DNA from: a virus
Taxonomy: Duplodnaviria > Caudoviricetes
Virus record (IMG/VR): IMGVR_UViG_3300017747_003642
Span: 1 to 32,604 of that record
DNA length: 32,604 bases
Reading direction: 5' to 3' (one strand)
Every line of letters begins with the position of its first letter. Position 1 is the stretch's first letter. Positions 16,809 through 25,936 of the stretch are shown in pieces. The notes under the pieces are model-generated. The model had not been told where the DNA came from and ran no database searches. It saw nothing but the letters and a program-made list of their open reading frames with translations. The translations under genes were made by a program, and so were the position numbers.

Positions 16809-17425
16809 TATAGCGCCTCGATAAAAGGAACAGTCGGAATCGTGACGGTCCCGGCTTCGTCGGTTTCGTCGCCGATTTCGTTGACGGACAGGCGGAAGAG
16901 GCCGACCGGGTTTGCGACCACGATAGGCGCGTTATCGGCCGGCGAGGTCCGCAAGAGCGGCCACAAGTGAAGGATGCCGGCGCCATAGGTCAAATCGACG
17001 TCGGCTTCCAACCGGTAAAGGCCCGTTCCGATTTGCACCATATCGCCGGCCTTCAGGTATTCGTCGACGTCGTCGGCCGTGCCGTTGTCGAAGTTCAGGT
17101 CATAGCCGGTCTGCCCGCCGCCCGCGACCTTCGGCAATCCTGGCGCGGTTGCGGCCACGCCTTTCGACTGTCGCCGCTTCGGGTGGCCCATCGTGAAGGT
17201 GCCCTTCATCCCGTTCATGGAATCGAGCCAGGCCAAGACCGGGTCGGCGCGGTTGCGGTCCATCGCCGGCCAGGTGATTTCGCCCAGCCACCATTTGCCG
17301 CCGAAGTCCTGAGTCTGTTGCGCGCCTGACATTGGCGCGGCCGTCATACCGACCACGTTGCGACCGCGAAGCGCGATCCGCGCCGGGCCGATATGGGAAG
17401 GGAACGGAACGGGATATGTCGTCAT
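16808..17425 (-). CDS. distal tail protein (Dit-like)
   Basis: Immediately after TMP. SGAQQ, AWLDSMNG, WPLLR...DNAP...NPVGLFRL, FIEAL. Confidence 0.78.
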   Translation of the reverse strand: MTTYPVPFPSHIGPARIALRGRNVVGMTAAPMSGAQQTQDFGGKWWLGEITWPAMDRNRADPVLAWLDSMNGMKGTFTMGHPKRRQSKGVAATAPGLPKVAGGGQTGYDLNFDNGTADDVDEYLKAGDMVQIGTGLYRLEADVDLTYGAGILHLWPLLRTSPADNAPIVVANPVGLFRLSVNEIGDETDEAGTVTIPTVPFIEAL

Positions 17426-20400
17426 CGTGAAAAGGCCGCCTTCATCGGTCCGCCGCGCTGGCGAAGGCCCTTCACATGGCCCGCCGCCGCGTCCTTAATC
17501 ATCGGTAGCATATCCATGACCTGAGCGCGCGCGGTCTGTCGGACGTCCGGATGAATGTTGTTCGTCTGATAGAAGTCGCCGGTCTTGCCTATGTCCATCA
17601 TGTCGCGATGGCTGATGATTTGGCCCGGCACTTGCGGGACAAATCCCTCTTCGCCGCGTTCATTGATCTTGTACCACTGGCCCGGCGATACGCTTCCGCC
17701 TTCGGCGCGCGGCCCGCCGTAAGACATGCCGCCGCCATAGCTCGCATTCGTCGATCCGCCCGCGCCAGTTCCGGCGCTCGATCCGCCCGCGAACATTCCT
17801 AGCGCGCTGATCGCCATGCCGATCAGGTCGCCAATGCCGCCGCCACTGCCGCCGCTCAATGATCCCTTAATCATCTTACCGATGGCGTCGAAGATCGGCT
17901 GAAGCACAAGGATTTCGAGCGCGAATTGCGCGATCCGCTTCGCCATGCTGGCGAGCATTTCACCCAAGGTCTTGTCAGTGTCGAGAAGGTCCATAGCGAC
18001 GGACTTCGCAGCACCCGACACGGCGTCGGCGAATTCTGCCCATTGCGTCGACCACTCGCCCTTGCCGCCGCGCATGTTCTCGCGCGCGAGTTCCTGCGCC
18101 TTCAAATATTGGTCTTGGCTGATGGCGCCCGCGCTGTAGAGCGTCGTGAGGTCGGCAATCAGCTTATTGTATTTTTCCTGCGCCGACGTCGCCTCTTCGA
18201 TAGTCGTCTTCGCAAGCGCGTCCATCCGCTCTTTTTCGTCTGTCGCGGTCTTAGCGGCGCGCAACGCAAGCACGTTCGCGGTAATTGCGTCCGTGTCGTC
18301 CTTCGTGAGCTTCACGCCGGCTTCCTTCGCCAGCGCTTCGGCCTTGTAGAGCGCTTCCGAAATCTGCCGTTGTTCGGCCGACATGCGCTCAAGCTCTATC
18401 GCTCGCGCATTCTCGGCCATGAATTCCTTGAGCTTTTTAAGCGCGCTTTCCTGCCCGCCACCGCCGCCGCCCGCGAGGCCAGCGCCACCACGGCCGCCAC
18501 CCGGCGGCGGCGCGACAGGCGCCGGCTTATTCGAAATCGGGAAGTCCGGGCCAGGCGCGCCGATTTGGCGGTTGATGGCCGCCGTATTGGCGTCTCGCGA
18601 AACACGGTCCATCGCGTCGCCGATTAGACGGCTATCGAATCCCTTGCGCCAGGCGTCGGCGATCTTGGCGCCGGCCTCTTCCATCGCCTTCGCATTTTTC
18701 GAAACGAAGTCGGGAATTGGCAAGAGCGGCAGCGGGTCCTTGCCGATCTTCTCGCGAAGCCAATTCATGACGGCGATTGCTTCGTTGACCCACTTCGCGA
18801 CCGCGCGTTGAACGTCCTTCGCAAATTCCTCGACGGACAGAAGCGGCCCCTCGAAATTGAACGTCGCGACAACGACATTCTTCAGCGCCATGAACAGGCC
18901 GCCAAGGGAGTCGACAATGCTAATCACGTAACGCGCGACGCCAGCCAGCGCGTCGACCACGACGCCGGCAACCGTCGACCATACGCCGCCGATCTTCGCG
19001 GCAATCGCCGGAAGGTCTATCCCGATTTCCCGCAACGACTGCATGGCCGGCTCGATTTGCGCCGCCATGCGCGCAGCTTCGGCGCCAAGGCCGGCCAGGG
19101 CATCCGACAGCATATAGGCGCCGTCGGTTGAAATCGGAATCTGATCCGAGAAGAGAACGACCGCACCCACGGCGACCGTGATCGCAGCGGCGAGCGCAGC
19201 CCACGGCCCAACGGCCACCATGACGCCAGCCAGCAACGGAACGGCCCGCGATAGCATGACCATCATTTTGCCGAATGCACTCGTGATCGCCGACACGCCG
19301 ACCAATACCGGGCCAATGGCGATGGCAACGCTTGACGCGATGGTAGCAAACTTCAGCACTTCCGGATTGAGCGCGGCCAGGCGGCGCGTCAGATCGGTCA
19401 AGACGTTGACAAACTTTGTCGCGGTAGCCAGCAATCCGGAGTCGCCGATAGCCAATTGCAGGGACTCGGCTGCGCTCTTCAATTGCCGCATGGCACCGTT
19501 GAAGCCGCGAAGCCGGACTTCCGCTTGATCGCTCGCCGACACCTTGGCGATTTCCTCGCGCATCTTGCGAATGCCGGCGGTCCCGGCGGTCGCGAGTGCC
19601 AGCGCGGTTCGCATGGAGTCCGTTCCGAATATCTTCGTCGCCGAACTTGTGCGCGCTTCGTCCGACAGTTCTTTGAACGCGCCTTGCAGATTGCCGGCAA
19701 TCTTCTCCATCGAAAGCATGGCGCCGTTGGAGTCGTAGAATTCCAGCTTTAGCGCCTGCATGGCTTGTTTGGCTTCGATAGACGTCGGCGACAGTTTCGT
19801 AAGGAAGGTCTTGAAGGACGTTCCCGCGTCCGAACCGCTGGCGAAGCTCGACGACGTCGCGGCCAACGCGGCGTTGAAGTCTTCGAATGTGACTCCGACC
19901 TTGCCGGCGACGCCGGCCGCCTGGCCCATCGCCAACTTGTAATCATCGAAGCCGAACTTCGAAGCGATCAGCGCGCCAGTAATGTTGGACACGACGCCCG
20001 GCAGGTCGGCGGCCGTCTTGCCGAAGTTGTTCATTGTGTCGGTTACGATATCGGCGGCGGGCGCGAGTTGCGCGCCATTGGCGGCGGCCAGGTCGACCGT
20101 CGCTTGTGCCGCGCCGTCCAGAATTTGTTTCGTGGTCAAGCCGTTCTTAGCGAGCGCTTCCATGGCGCTCGCGGCTTCGGTCGCGCTGAAGGCCGTCGTC
20201 TTGCCGATCTCGCGCGCCTTGGTAGTCAGCGCCGTAAATTCTGCGGCCGTGGCCTGCGTCGCGGCCTGAACCTTGTTCATGCCCTCTTCAAAGTCGGCGG
20301 CCGTCTTGGTCGTTACGGCGCGCATGGCGAGAAGCGGCGCGCTCACGGCGACGGACATGACCTTGCCGACCTTGTCCATATCCTTCGCGACCGATTGGAA

Positions 20401-20508
20401 GGTGCGATTGAGGCCGGAGATTTGCTTTTGCGCTACGCCGATGCCTTTTTCAAAGGCGACCGTGTCCATTCCCAAGACCGCACGAAGCGCGCCGATGATT
20501 GAATTCAT
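17422..20508 (-). CDS. tail tape measure protein (TP901-family core)
   Basis: 1028 aa, Ala-rich helical. ADFEEGMNKVQA, TAFSATEAA, SGSDAGTSFK, C-terminal RAEGGSV...NERGEEGFVP. Confidence 0.95.
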   Translation of the reverse strand: MNSIIGALRAVLGMDTVAFEKGIGVAQKQISGLNRTFQSVAKDMDKVGKVMSVAVSAPLLAMRAVTTKTAADFEEGMNKVQAATQATAAEFTALTTKAREIGKTTAFSATEAASAMEALAKNGLTTKQILDGAAQATVDLAAANGAQLAPAADIVTDTMNNFGKTAADLPGVVSNITGALIASKFGFDDYKLAMGQAAGVAGKVGVTFEDFNAALAATSSSFASGSDAGTSFKTFLTKLSPTSIEAKQAMQALKLEFYDSNGAMLSMEKIAGNLQGAFKELSDEARTSSATKIFGTDSMRTALALATAGTAGIRKMREEIAKVSASDQAEVRLRGFNGAMRQLKSAAESLQLAIGDSGLLATATKFVNVLTDLTRRLAALNPEVLKFATIASSVAIAIGPVLVGVSAITSAFGKMMVMLSRAVPLLAGVMVAVGPWAALAAAITVAVGAVVLFSDQIPISTDGAYMLSDALAGLGAEAARMAAQIEPAMQSLREIGIDLPAIAAKIGGVWSTVAGVVVDALAGVARYVISIVDSLGGLFMALKNVVVATFNFEGPLLSVEEFAKDVQRAVAKWVNEAIAVMNWLREKIGKDPLPLLPIPDFVSKNAKAMEEAGAKIADAWRKGFDSRLIGDAMDRVSRDANTAAINRQIGAPGPDFPISNKPAPVAPPPGGGRGGAGLAGGGGGGQESALKKLKEFMAENARAIELERMSAEQRQISEALYKAEALAKEAGVKLTKDDTDAITANVLALRAAKTATDEKERMDALAKTTIEEATSAQEKYNKLIADLTTLYSAGAISQDQYLKAQELARENMRGGKGEWSTQWAEFADAVSGAAKSVAMDLLDTDKTLGEMLASMAKRIAQFALEILVLQPIFDAIGKMIKGSLSGGSGGGIGDLIGMAISALGMFAGGSSAGTGAGGSTNASYGGGMSYGGPRAEGGSVSPGQWYKINERGEEGFVPQVPGQIISHRDMMDIGKTGDFYQTNNIHPDVRQTARAQVMDMLPMIKDAAAGHVKGLRQRGGPMKAAFSR

Positions 20509-20852
20509 TTGCTATCGACCTTCCGGACCTTGCCGCCAAGAGTGCGGGTCCAAGCTTTAGCCATCGCTTCCATAGTCTGCAACGACTGAGGCCGGTTGTC
20601 AGCACGGCGCGCGGCCGGGAGCTTGCGCAGTAGGGAGTCGAGCGTCGGCAGTTTCTTTGACCGCTGAAGGGCCGCGATATGCCACGCCATGATTAGATCG
20701 CGGCGAAGGTCTTGACGATGGCGGGCGCCGACGGCGCGGAAGACGCGGGAGACTTGAGCCGGCGTCGAGCGCCAAAAGTCCGCCTCGGAAAGTCCGGCCT
20801 CTATCGCGCTTTCACAGAGCGCCGGCCAGTTCCACCGGCCGGCCGTCGCGTA
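20505..20852 (-). CDS. tail assembly chaperone gpT segment, probably expressed by -1 frameshift from gpG
   Basis: The frame is open well upstream of the track's ATG 20690: RWNWPALCESAIEAGLSEADFWRSTPAQ...LIMAWHIA. It lies in the -1 frame relative to 20801..21190. Confidence 0.75.
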   Translation of the reverse strand, partial: YATAGRWNWPALCESAIEAGLSEADFWRSTPAQVSRVFRAVGARHRQDLRRDLIMAWHIAALQRSKKLPTLDSLLRKLPAARRADNRPQSLQTMEAMAKAWTRTLGGKVRKVDSK

Positions 20853-21190
20853 GGGATTTCGTCGCCATCCTGGCCGCCTCCCTTCGCTTGATCCGGAAAC
20901 GCCGACTTCGCGGCCGCGTCGAGAAGCGATGTCACGCGACCGACTCCGACCTGTAGGAAGAGTTCGCCAGCCAAGCGCTCGTTAAGCTCCGGGTGATTCT
21001 CGGCGAGCGCTGCATAAAAGAGCGCGCGAATGATCTTGAGGCGCGGCTTCTTTTCGAGGGACCGGAAGATTTCTTCGATGCCCATATCCAGGGACTCTTC
21101 GGCCCGAATGAGCGCGTCCATGGAAAAGCGGGCCACGTAGACCGCGCCCGCCAGTTCGAAAGAGACTTCGCCTTTAGCCCGGTTGTCCAT
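20801..21190 (-). CDS. tail assembly chaperone gpG (GTA gp10-like)
   Basis: MDNRAKGEVSF...YVARFSMDALIRAE...AFP. Lies between tail tube and TMP. Confidence 0.85.
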   Translation of the reverse strand: MDNRAKGEVSFELAGAVYVARFSMDALIRAEESLDMGIEEIFRSLEKKPRLKIIRALFYAALAENHPELNERLAGELFLQVGVGRVTSLLDAAAKSAFPDQAKGGGQDGDEIPTRRPAGGTGRRSVKAR

Positions 21191-21207
21191 GGTTCGCCTT
21201 GTTGCTT

Positions 21208-21311
21208 CCGGCGGCCTTCGGGTCCGAATTGATATCCGAGGCCGCCGGTTTCTCTTGAGTGAACGGGGCGGGGACCGGGAACAATCCCTTATCGGGTAAA
21301 CTCCGGTCCCC
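21208..21311 (-). promoter_or_regulatory. two long stem-loops between tail tube and chaperone genes
   Basis: CCGGCGGCC...GGCCGCCGG (about 21208-21248) and GGGGACCGG...CCGGTCCCC (about 21269-21311). Confidence 0.5.
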
Positions 21312-21323
21312 TTCTCGCGGGGT

Positions 21324-21752
21324 TTATGACGGGTCGGTGAAGTCCGGCGCGCCTGTCACCTTGAAGGTGCAATCGGCGGTCATCTTGTCGTCGACCGGCA
21401 TTTGCGGCGTGTAGCCGGTGCAAAAGGCCGTGAAGCCCCATTCACTGCCGGACGGGAACGCGATCTTGATGGGCGACGGTTCGAGTTCCGTCTGCATTTC
21501 TCGAAGCCTGGCGTCCGTGGCGCCGCCGGGAACGAAGTTGAGGGTAATCGACGCTTCGCCGCCGTCCTTCAGGCCGGCGATGAATTCGCGCCAGCCGTCG
21601 GGCGAGTCCATGTGTGTCGCGTCGATCACGTCTCGAGTCATCGGCGGCGGGCCAATGTTCGTGACTTCGGCGAGGTCCAGATAGATGGTCGGGGCCTCCG
21701 GCGTAGCGACGCGGAACTTTGCGCCGTGGCCGATGCGAGCTTCAGTAGTCAT
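21324..21752 (-). CDS. major tail tube protein
   Basis: LAEVTNIGPP...RDVIDATHMDSPDGWREFIAGLKDGGE...FKVTGAP. Strong AGGAGAG RBS. Confidence 0.93.
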   Translation of the reverse strand: MTTEARIGHGAKFRVATPEAPTIYLDLAEVTNIGPPPMTRDVIDATHMDSPDGWREFIAGLKDGGEASITLNFVPGGATDARLREMQTELEPSPIKIAFPSGSEWGFTAFCTGYTPQMPVDDKMTADCTFKVTGAPDFTDPS

Positions 21753-21828
21753 GCGTCGACTCTCCTATGCTTCGGGCGCCTGGCCCTGATCCGACGGCGG
21801 CGACTATAGCGCCGCCGGAGGTCGCGCG

Positions 21829-22098
21829 CTAGACGCCTATCCGGACGTCGACCATCACGCCCTTGAAGTCTTCCAATTCGAAGCGGTAGACCGTTCCGGC
21901 CTCCGGTTCGACCTTCAATTCCTCCGGCTCTTCGAAGCCGAACCACTCGCCCCAAGTCGCGCCGGCATCCGTGCTGCGCTTCAGGACGACGCGGCCTTCG
22001 AAGGCGCCGTTGACCCGCGCCCAAAACTGCGGCGCGTCCGGTGTGTAGACTTCCGACACTGGATTTTCTGCGTTCAAGATTTGCTTAACTTCGTTCAT
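21829..22098 (-). CDS. small beta-rich putative virion protein
   Basis: 89 aa from ATG 22098 (ATGA overlap, GGAG RBS). GAFEGRVVLKRSTDAGATW...EPEAGTVYRF. Confidence 0.7.
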   Translation of the reverse strand: MNEVKQILNAENPVSEVYTPDAPQFWARVNGAFEGRVVLKRSTDAGATWGEWFGFEEPEELKVEPEAGTVYRFELEDFKGVMVDVRIGV

Positions 22099-24305
22099 GG
22101 GTCTAGCTCCGGCATCTTGAAGCCGCGTTCGCATTGGCCGGGACAGCCAAGCTCGCCGTCTTCGCACAAGTCGTCATCAAAAGTCATGTTCGTTACGTCC
22201 GGCTCTTCGCCGTAAATGTGATGGTAAAACGGGACGTCGGCGAGCGTGTTCATAGTGAATGGCAATTCAAAAACGACGTCGAGCCCGTCAATGTCGCCCA
22301 GCCAATCGAAGATTTCGCCCGACTGTAGCTTGAACGTGTAGCCGGTGATATTCGTGTCGGCAACGCGGCCTTGTATCGCCGTGCCGCCATTCAGCGCCCA
22401 ATGCACGCGAAGGATATTCGTGCCGGCCTCGACCGTTGCGCCGGTAATATGCGGGCCGCTGGCATCGTGCGAGCGCTCGCCAATGTGGAACATCCAATTT
22501 CGATGATTCCACCGCTTGGCCTGCTTGTAGCCGTCGCCGTGATGGTGAAGGTTTTCGTCCTCCGGTCGAATCAGCGCATACATGGGGAGCCAATAGACGT
22601 TATCGTTTTTCCGCGCGTCATAGACCGCTATCTGCGCCTGGCGAATGATTTCCATGTTTGAGTTATTCAGCGACGAATAGTTGAAATTCTCCAGGATGCC
22701 GATAGAAAAGCCGAGGTTAGGGTTTCCCGTCCGCGTTCGGTATAGGTCGATAGCAAGGTTCGTGTTTTCGATGTAGCGCGCGGCCGTCACGTTAAAGATG
22801 GCGTCGATACCGCCATCGCGCGAGTCCACCCATGAGAACGTAAAGCCAGGCTTGAAGCGGCCGGCGGTCAACGCTTGCACCATGAGTTCGTCGCAATTGT
22901 CGACGCCGTTCACTGGCGGTCCGTCCGGTCGATAGTTCTCGCTCCCGGTCGAGCCGAGGTCGACATAGGCGACCATGAACGGAAGGCCGGTACCTAGTAC
23001 CGGGTCAGCCATCAAATTGCCGGCCAGCACCGAACCGTCGCCGCCATATGGGTCTTTCCAGTTCGGTTCGGCCGTCGAGCCCGCAAGCTTCGGCGCGCTG
23101 ATGATAGGGCATCCGCCGTTATCGCCGCCCGCGTAACGTAGTTCTTCCTCGCCTGATACGCCTGGCGCCGTCAGCGTAGCGTGTGAGCCGACCGAATTCG
23201 AAGCGCCCTTGTCGATATGGAAGTCACCGACGAACCACGCGCCAAGCGTCGGCGCCGTCAGGGACGACCCGTCGTCAAATTGCGCGTCAAGCACGACGTT
23301 TTCGCCAGCGTCGACTCCCGGCAGATACGCCTCGACGATTCCCGTATCGACCGGGCCGGCAACAGTCGTGAACGGCACGACCGTATGTGAAAGGTCCGTC
23401 TTGCGGCGCGCGCGAACCTGAACGAACTTCCCGGAGCCAATGATATTGGCGCGGACCGGAATCGCGCCCTTGTTGTCGCTGAAGTCGCGCTGAACAAGGA
23501 ACTGACGAACAAGGACGTTCGGCTCGTCGAGAATGACGTTGATGTCGAATTGCGCGCCGACTTCCTGAGCATAGAAAGTCAGAAGTTCATTCCAATAGGC
23601 TATTTGGTCGTTGTGCAGCCCGAGGCCCCAGCCGACCGCGAAATCGCGACGCGCCGACCGCGAAGACCCCGCCTTGCATTTCGTGAACACGCCGCCGGAA
23701 ATGCCGGTCGCCGTGTTGGCGATGGGTGCGGAAATGTTGGCGCCCTGCGATAGCGTCGCAAAGGCCGTGTCGTTGCGGTTCGCCATCAGCAGGCCGCAAC
23801 TGTTCGGGATGGTGAATCCTTGTAGGCTTGTGGCTGAATTAAGCCGCGCGACGATGCTGCCGCCGTTACTGCCTAGCAGGCGGGCGCCCGTCGCCCATCC
23901 GCAGTCTGCTCCCGAAACATTGTCGTTCGTCAGGGGATAGGCCCAAAGACACGCGCTCCCAAGCTGCCACCGATTGCTATTGACCGGCTGAAATGCGGAG
24001 TCGCCGTACCAATCGCTTGAGCCGTCCGCCTTCCATCCGCGATCCGCCAGCTTATCCGGCGTGCCGACCGTCGCGAGCGTCCGCTGCGAAACCCAATCTT
24101 GATCTTCGCCGTGATGGTCCGTGATGAAGCATCCGCCGAACCGGTCGAGAATGCCGGCGGCCAGGCCCGCGCGGTAAATGCCGTCGATGAGCTCCCTTCG
24201 ATCCGCGCCGGGGTCGGACGCCTGGCGCGCGACGATTGACCGCGTTTGCGGGAGCAAGTCATGCTTCGATAGGCCGAAGCGCGCGCGCTTCCATGAAAAG
24301 CTCAT
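22095..24305 (-). CDS. large putative virion protein with SGNH/SASA (acetylesterase-like) domain
   Basis: 736 aa from ATG 24305. VGDFHIDKGASNSVG resembles SASA block I (VG.V....GQSN), with IIRQAQ and ENLHH..DGY (DxxH-like). Beta-rich N-terminal half. Confidence 0.6.
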   Translation of the reverse strand: MSFSWKRARFGLSKHDLLPQTRSIVARQASDPGADRRELIDGIYRAGLAAGILDRFGGCFITDHHGEDQDWVSQRTLATVGTPDKLADRGWKADGSSDWYGDSAFQPVNSNRWQLGSACLWAYPLTNDNVSGADCGWATGARLLGSNGGSIVARLNSATSLQGFTIPNSCGLLMANRNDTAFATLSQGANISAPIANTATGISGGVFTKCKAGSSRSARRDFAVGWGLGLHNDQIAYWNELLTFYAQEVGAQFDINVILDEPNVLVRQFLVQRDFSDNKGAIPVRANIIGSGKFVQVRARRKTDLSHTVVPFTTVAGPVDTGIVEAYLPGVDAGENVVLDAQFDDGSSLTAPTLGAWFVGDFHIDKGASNSVGSHATLTAPGVSGEEELRYAGGDNGGCPIISAPKLAGSTAEPNWKDPYGGDGSVLAGNLMADPVLGTGLPFMVAYVDLGSTGSENYRPDGPPVNGVDNCDELMVQALTAGRFKPGFTFSWVDSRDGGIDAIFNVTAARYIENTNLAIDLYRTRTGNPNLGFSIGILENFNYSSLNNSNMEIIRQAQIAVYDARKNDNVYWLPMYALIRPEDENLHHHGDGYKQAKRWNHRNWMFHIGERSHDASGPHITGATVEAGTNILRVHWALNGGTAIQGRVADTNITGYTFKLQSGEIFDWLGDIDGLDVVFELPFTMNTLADVPFYHHIYGEEPDVTNMTFDDDLCEDGELGCPGQCERGFKMPELDP

Positions 24306-25441
24306 TTCGTATAGCCGCCGCCGTTCACGAACACGCCGCCAGTGACGGACGTTCCCAACGCCCAATTGAGCGCGGCGCCGACGGAAGACCTTAGCGGCGG
24401 CTCAAAGTAAATCGGCGCGTCTTCCTTGGCCGGCGTCTGAAGCTTGAATCGTTTGATTATCGTCGCGCCGTCCTTGATTCGAAGTTCAGTCACGGCGCCT
24501 AGAACGTCGTGGCCTATCGTGATGTACGGCAGGTAATTGCGCTGGCCTATCACGGCGGGCGCAATCTCGACGTCAGCGACACTCGACGCCACGCCGGCCG
24601 GCGCCGCGACGCATTCGAACGGCGCGACCGGCGATCCGGGAGTCGTCTCAATGACGGACGTATCGTCTAGTACGGTTCCGTCCTCGCGCGCGTTCGTGAT
24701 CTTCATAGTCCGGCCGTCGGCGATGCCCTGCACCGATACGACACCGGGCGCCGGAGCGCCGGCAGCGCCGCCGCCCTGAATCGTGAGCGTCGCGGCAAGC
24801 GCCGTCTCAAGCGCCTTGATGCGCGCAAGCAAAGTGTTCGGCGTTGGAGATACATGAACCTCGCCGACTTGAACGATGAGTGCCGCCAGGTCGTCATGCA
24901 GAGTCGAAGTTGTGAGGCCGGTTGACGTCGCGAGCGCCTTCAGTCTGTCCAAGATGGTGTTAGCGGTCGGGTTCGCGCCGACCTCGCCCAGCGTCGCCAG
25001 CAAGCCGACGACGCGAACAATCAGGCCATAGGCGACTGAGTTCGCCGCAACGTCGGCGTTCGACAGGGCCGCGCGGTTGTCCGTCGCGCCGTCCTTCAAT
25101 TCGACGGCGCCGATTTGGACGTCGCCGGGATTGATCGTGATATCGAGACTCGCAAGCGCCGCCAGGATTTGGCCCAACAGAGTCAGCACGCCAACGGGGC
25201 GCGTGACGATGCCGTCGGCCGTCGAGTTCGGCGGCAAGTCGGCATCGGAAACGAAGCTTGTATAGAGCGCTTCCAGTTCGGACAGGATGCGCGGCAGCGT
25301 CTTGACCGTGCCGCTTTCCGTCTCGACGGTCGAGCCCTCGCCGCTCGACGGGCCGGAAACCAATTGCGTATAGATTTCGGAGTCGGCCGAAATTTGGGCG
25401 ACAGCGGCTTGGAAGTCCGCAAGGTCAGACGCTACCGTCAT
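24302..25441 (-). CDS. putative virion fibre/appendage protein
   Basis: 379 aa with N-terminal helical anchor and VETESGTVKTL, internal repeats GEV...PT.NT.L.R.KAL (two clear, one degenerate) and C-terminal beta domain. GAGGGG RBS. Confidence 0.65.
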   Translation of the reverse strand: MTVASDLADFQAAVAQISADSEIYTQLVSGPSSGEGSTVETESGTVKTLPRILSELEALYTSFVSDADLPPNSTADGIVTRPVGVLTLLGQILAALASLDITINPGDVQIGAVELKDGATDNRAALSNADVAANSVAYGLIVRVVGLLATLGEVGANPTANTILDRLKALATSTGLTTSTLHDDLAALIVQVGEVHVSPTPNTLLARIKALETALAATLTIQGGGAAGAPAPGVVSVQGIADGRTMKITNAREDGTVLDDTSVIETTPGSPVAPFECVAAPAGVASSVADVEIAPAVIGQRNYLPYITIGHDVLGAVTELRIKDGATIIKRFKLQTPAKEDAPIYFEPPLRSSVGAALNWALGTSVTGGVFVNGGGYTK

Positions 25442-25936
25442 TTAGTCCCCCTCGATCCATGGCAGATCGTAATGAACAATTTGGTGGAAAGCGTCGGCAA
25501 CCGCCTGAAGCTCGACAAGGTCCGGAAGGTCGAATTCCGAATACCATACTTCAACGTCAAGGCGCGAACGGTTGTATCGTTGCGCCGGAGCGCCGCCGGC
25601 CGGTTCTTTTGAATCGGCGCGGCCGGTAAAGAACACGCCTTGAAATTCCGTAAAGTCGACGAAGCCCTTGTAACCGCTCAAGGCCGCCTCAATGGCGTTG
25701 GCGACGTCGAGCGCGGCAAGATAGGAGTCAGCCCAGCAATCGACTTGCAGGAAGGCATGATTCAGGCCGGAAGGTCCGTCCATCGTATAATCGCCAGGGC
25801 GCGTGATATTCCACATGCAGACAAGCGGGCGCGGGCGCGCGGCGGGAAGCTCGCCCCAATTAGCGCGGTCGCCGATCAGCGCGGACACCGGAGCGGCGGC
25901 CAAGAGAAGCGTGCGGAAGTCGACTTCAAAGGACAT
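25442..25936 (-). CDS. tail terminator (DUF3168-like) with C-terminal extension
   Basis: LLAAAPVSALIGDR, YTMDGPSGL, LQVDCWADSY..A..VA.AI..ALSGY. TAATG coupling at 25936. Confidence 0.88.
   Translation of the reverse strand: MSFEVDFRTLLLAAAPVSALIGDRANWGELPAARPRPLVCMWNITRPGDYTMDGPSGLNHAFLQVDCWADSYLAALDVANAIEAALSGYKGFVDFTEFQGVFFTGRADSKEPAGGAPAQRYNRSRLDVEVWYSEFDLPDLVELQAVADAFHQIVHYDLPWIEGD

Noticed and set aside
17700-18530. GCC/GGC-rich runs resembling tandem repeats
   Set aside because: They encode ordinary Gly/Pro linkers in the tape measure protein.
265-20502. Long alternative-frame or antisense ORFs (e.g. 265..891+, 1146..1823+, 12183..12836+, 17926..18627+, 19765..20502+)
   Set aside because: They are shadows of well-supported genes in GC-rich DNA, with no RBS, motifs or coupling to neighbours.
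21191-21326. Stop read-through extension of the tail tube protein
   Set aside because: The frame past TAA is open through the spacer but is out of frame with gpG, encodes no recognisable Ig-like domain and coincides with RNA hairpins.
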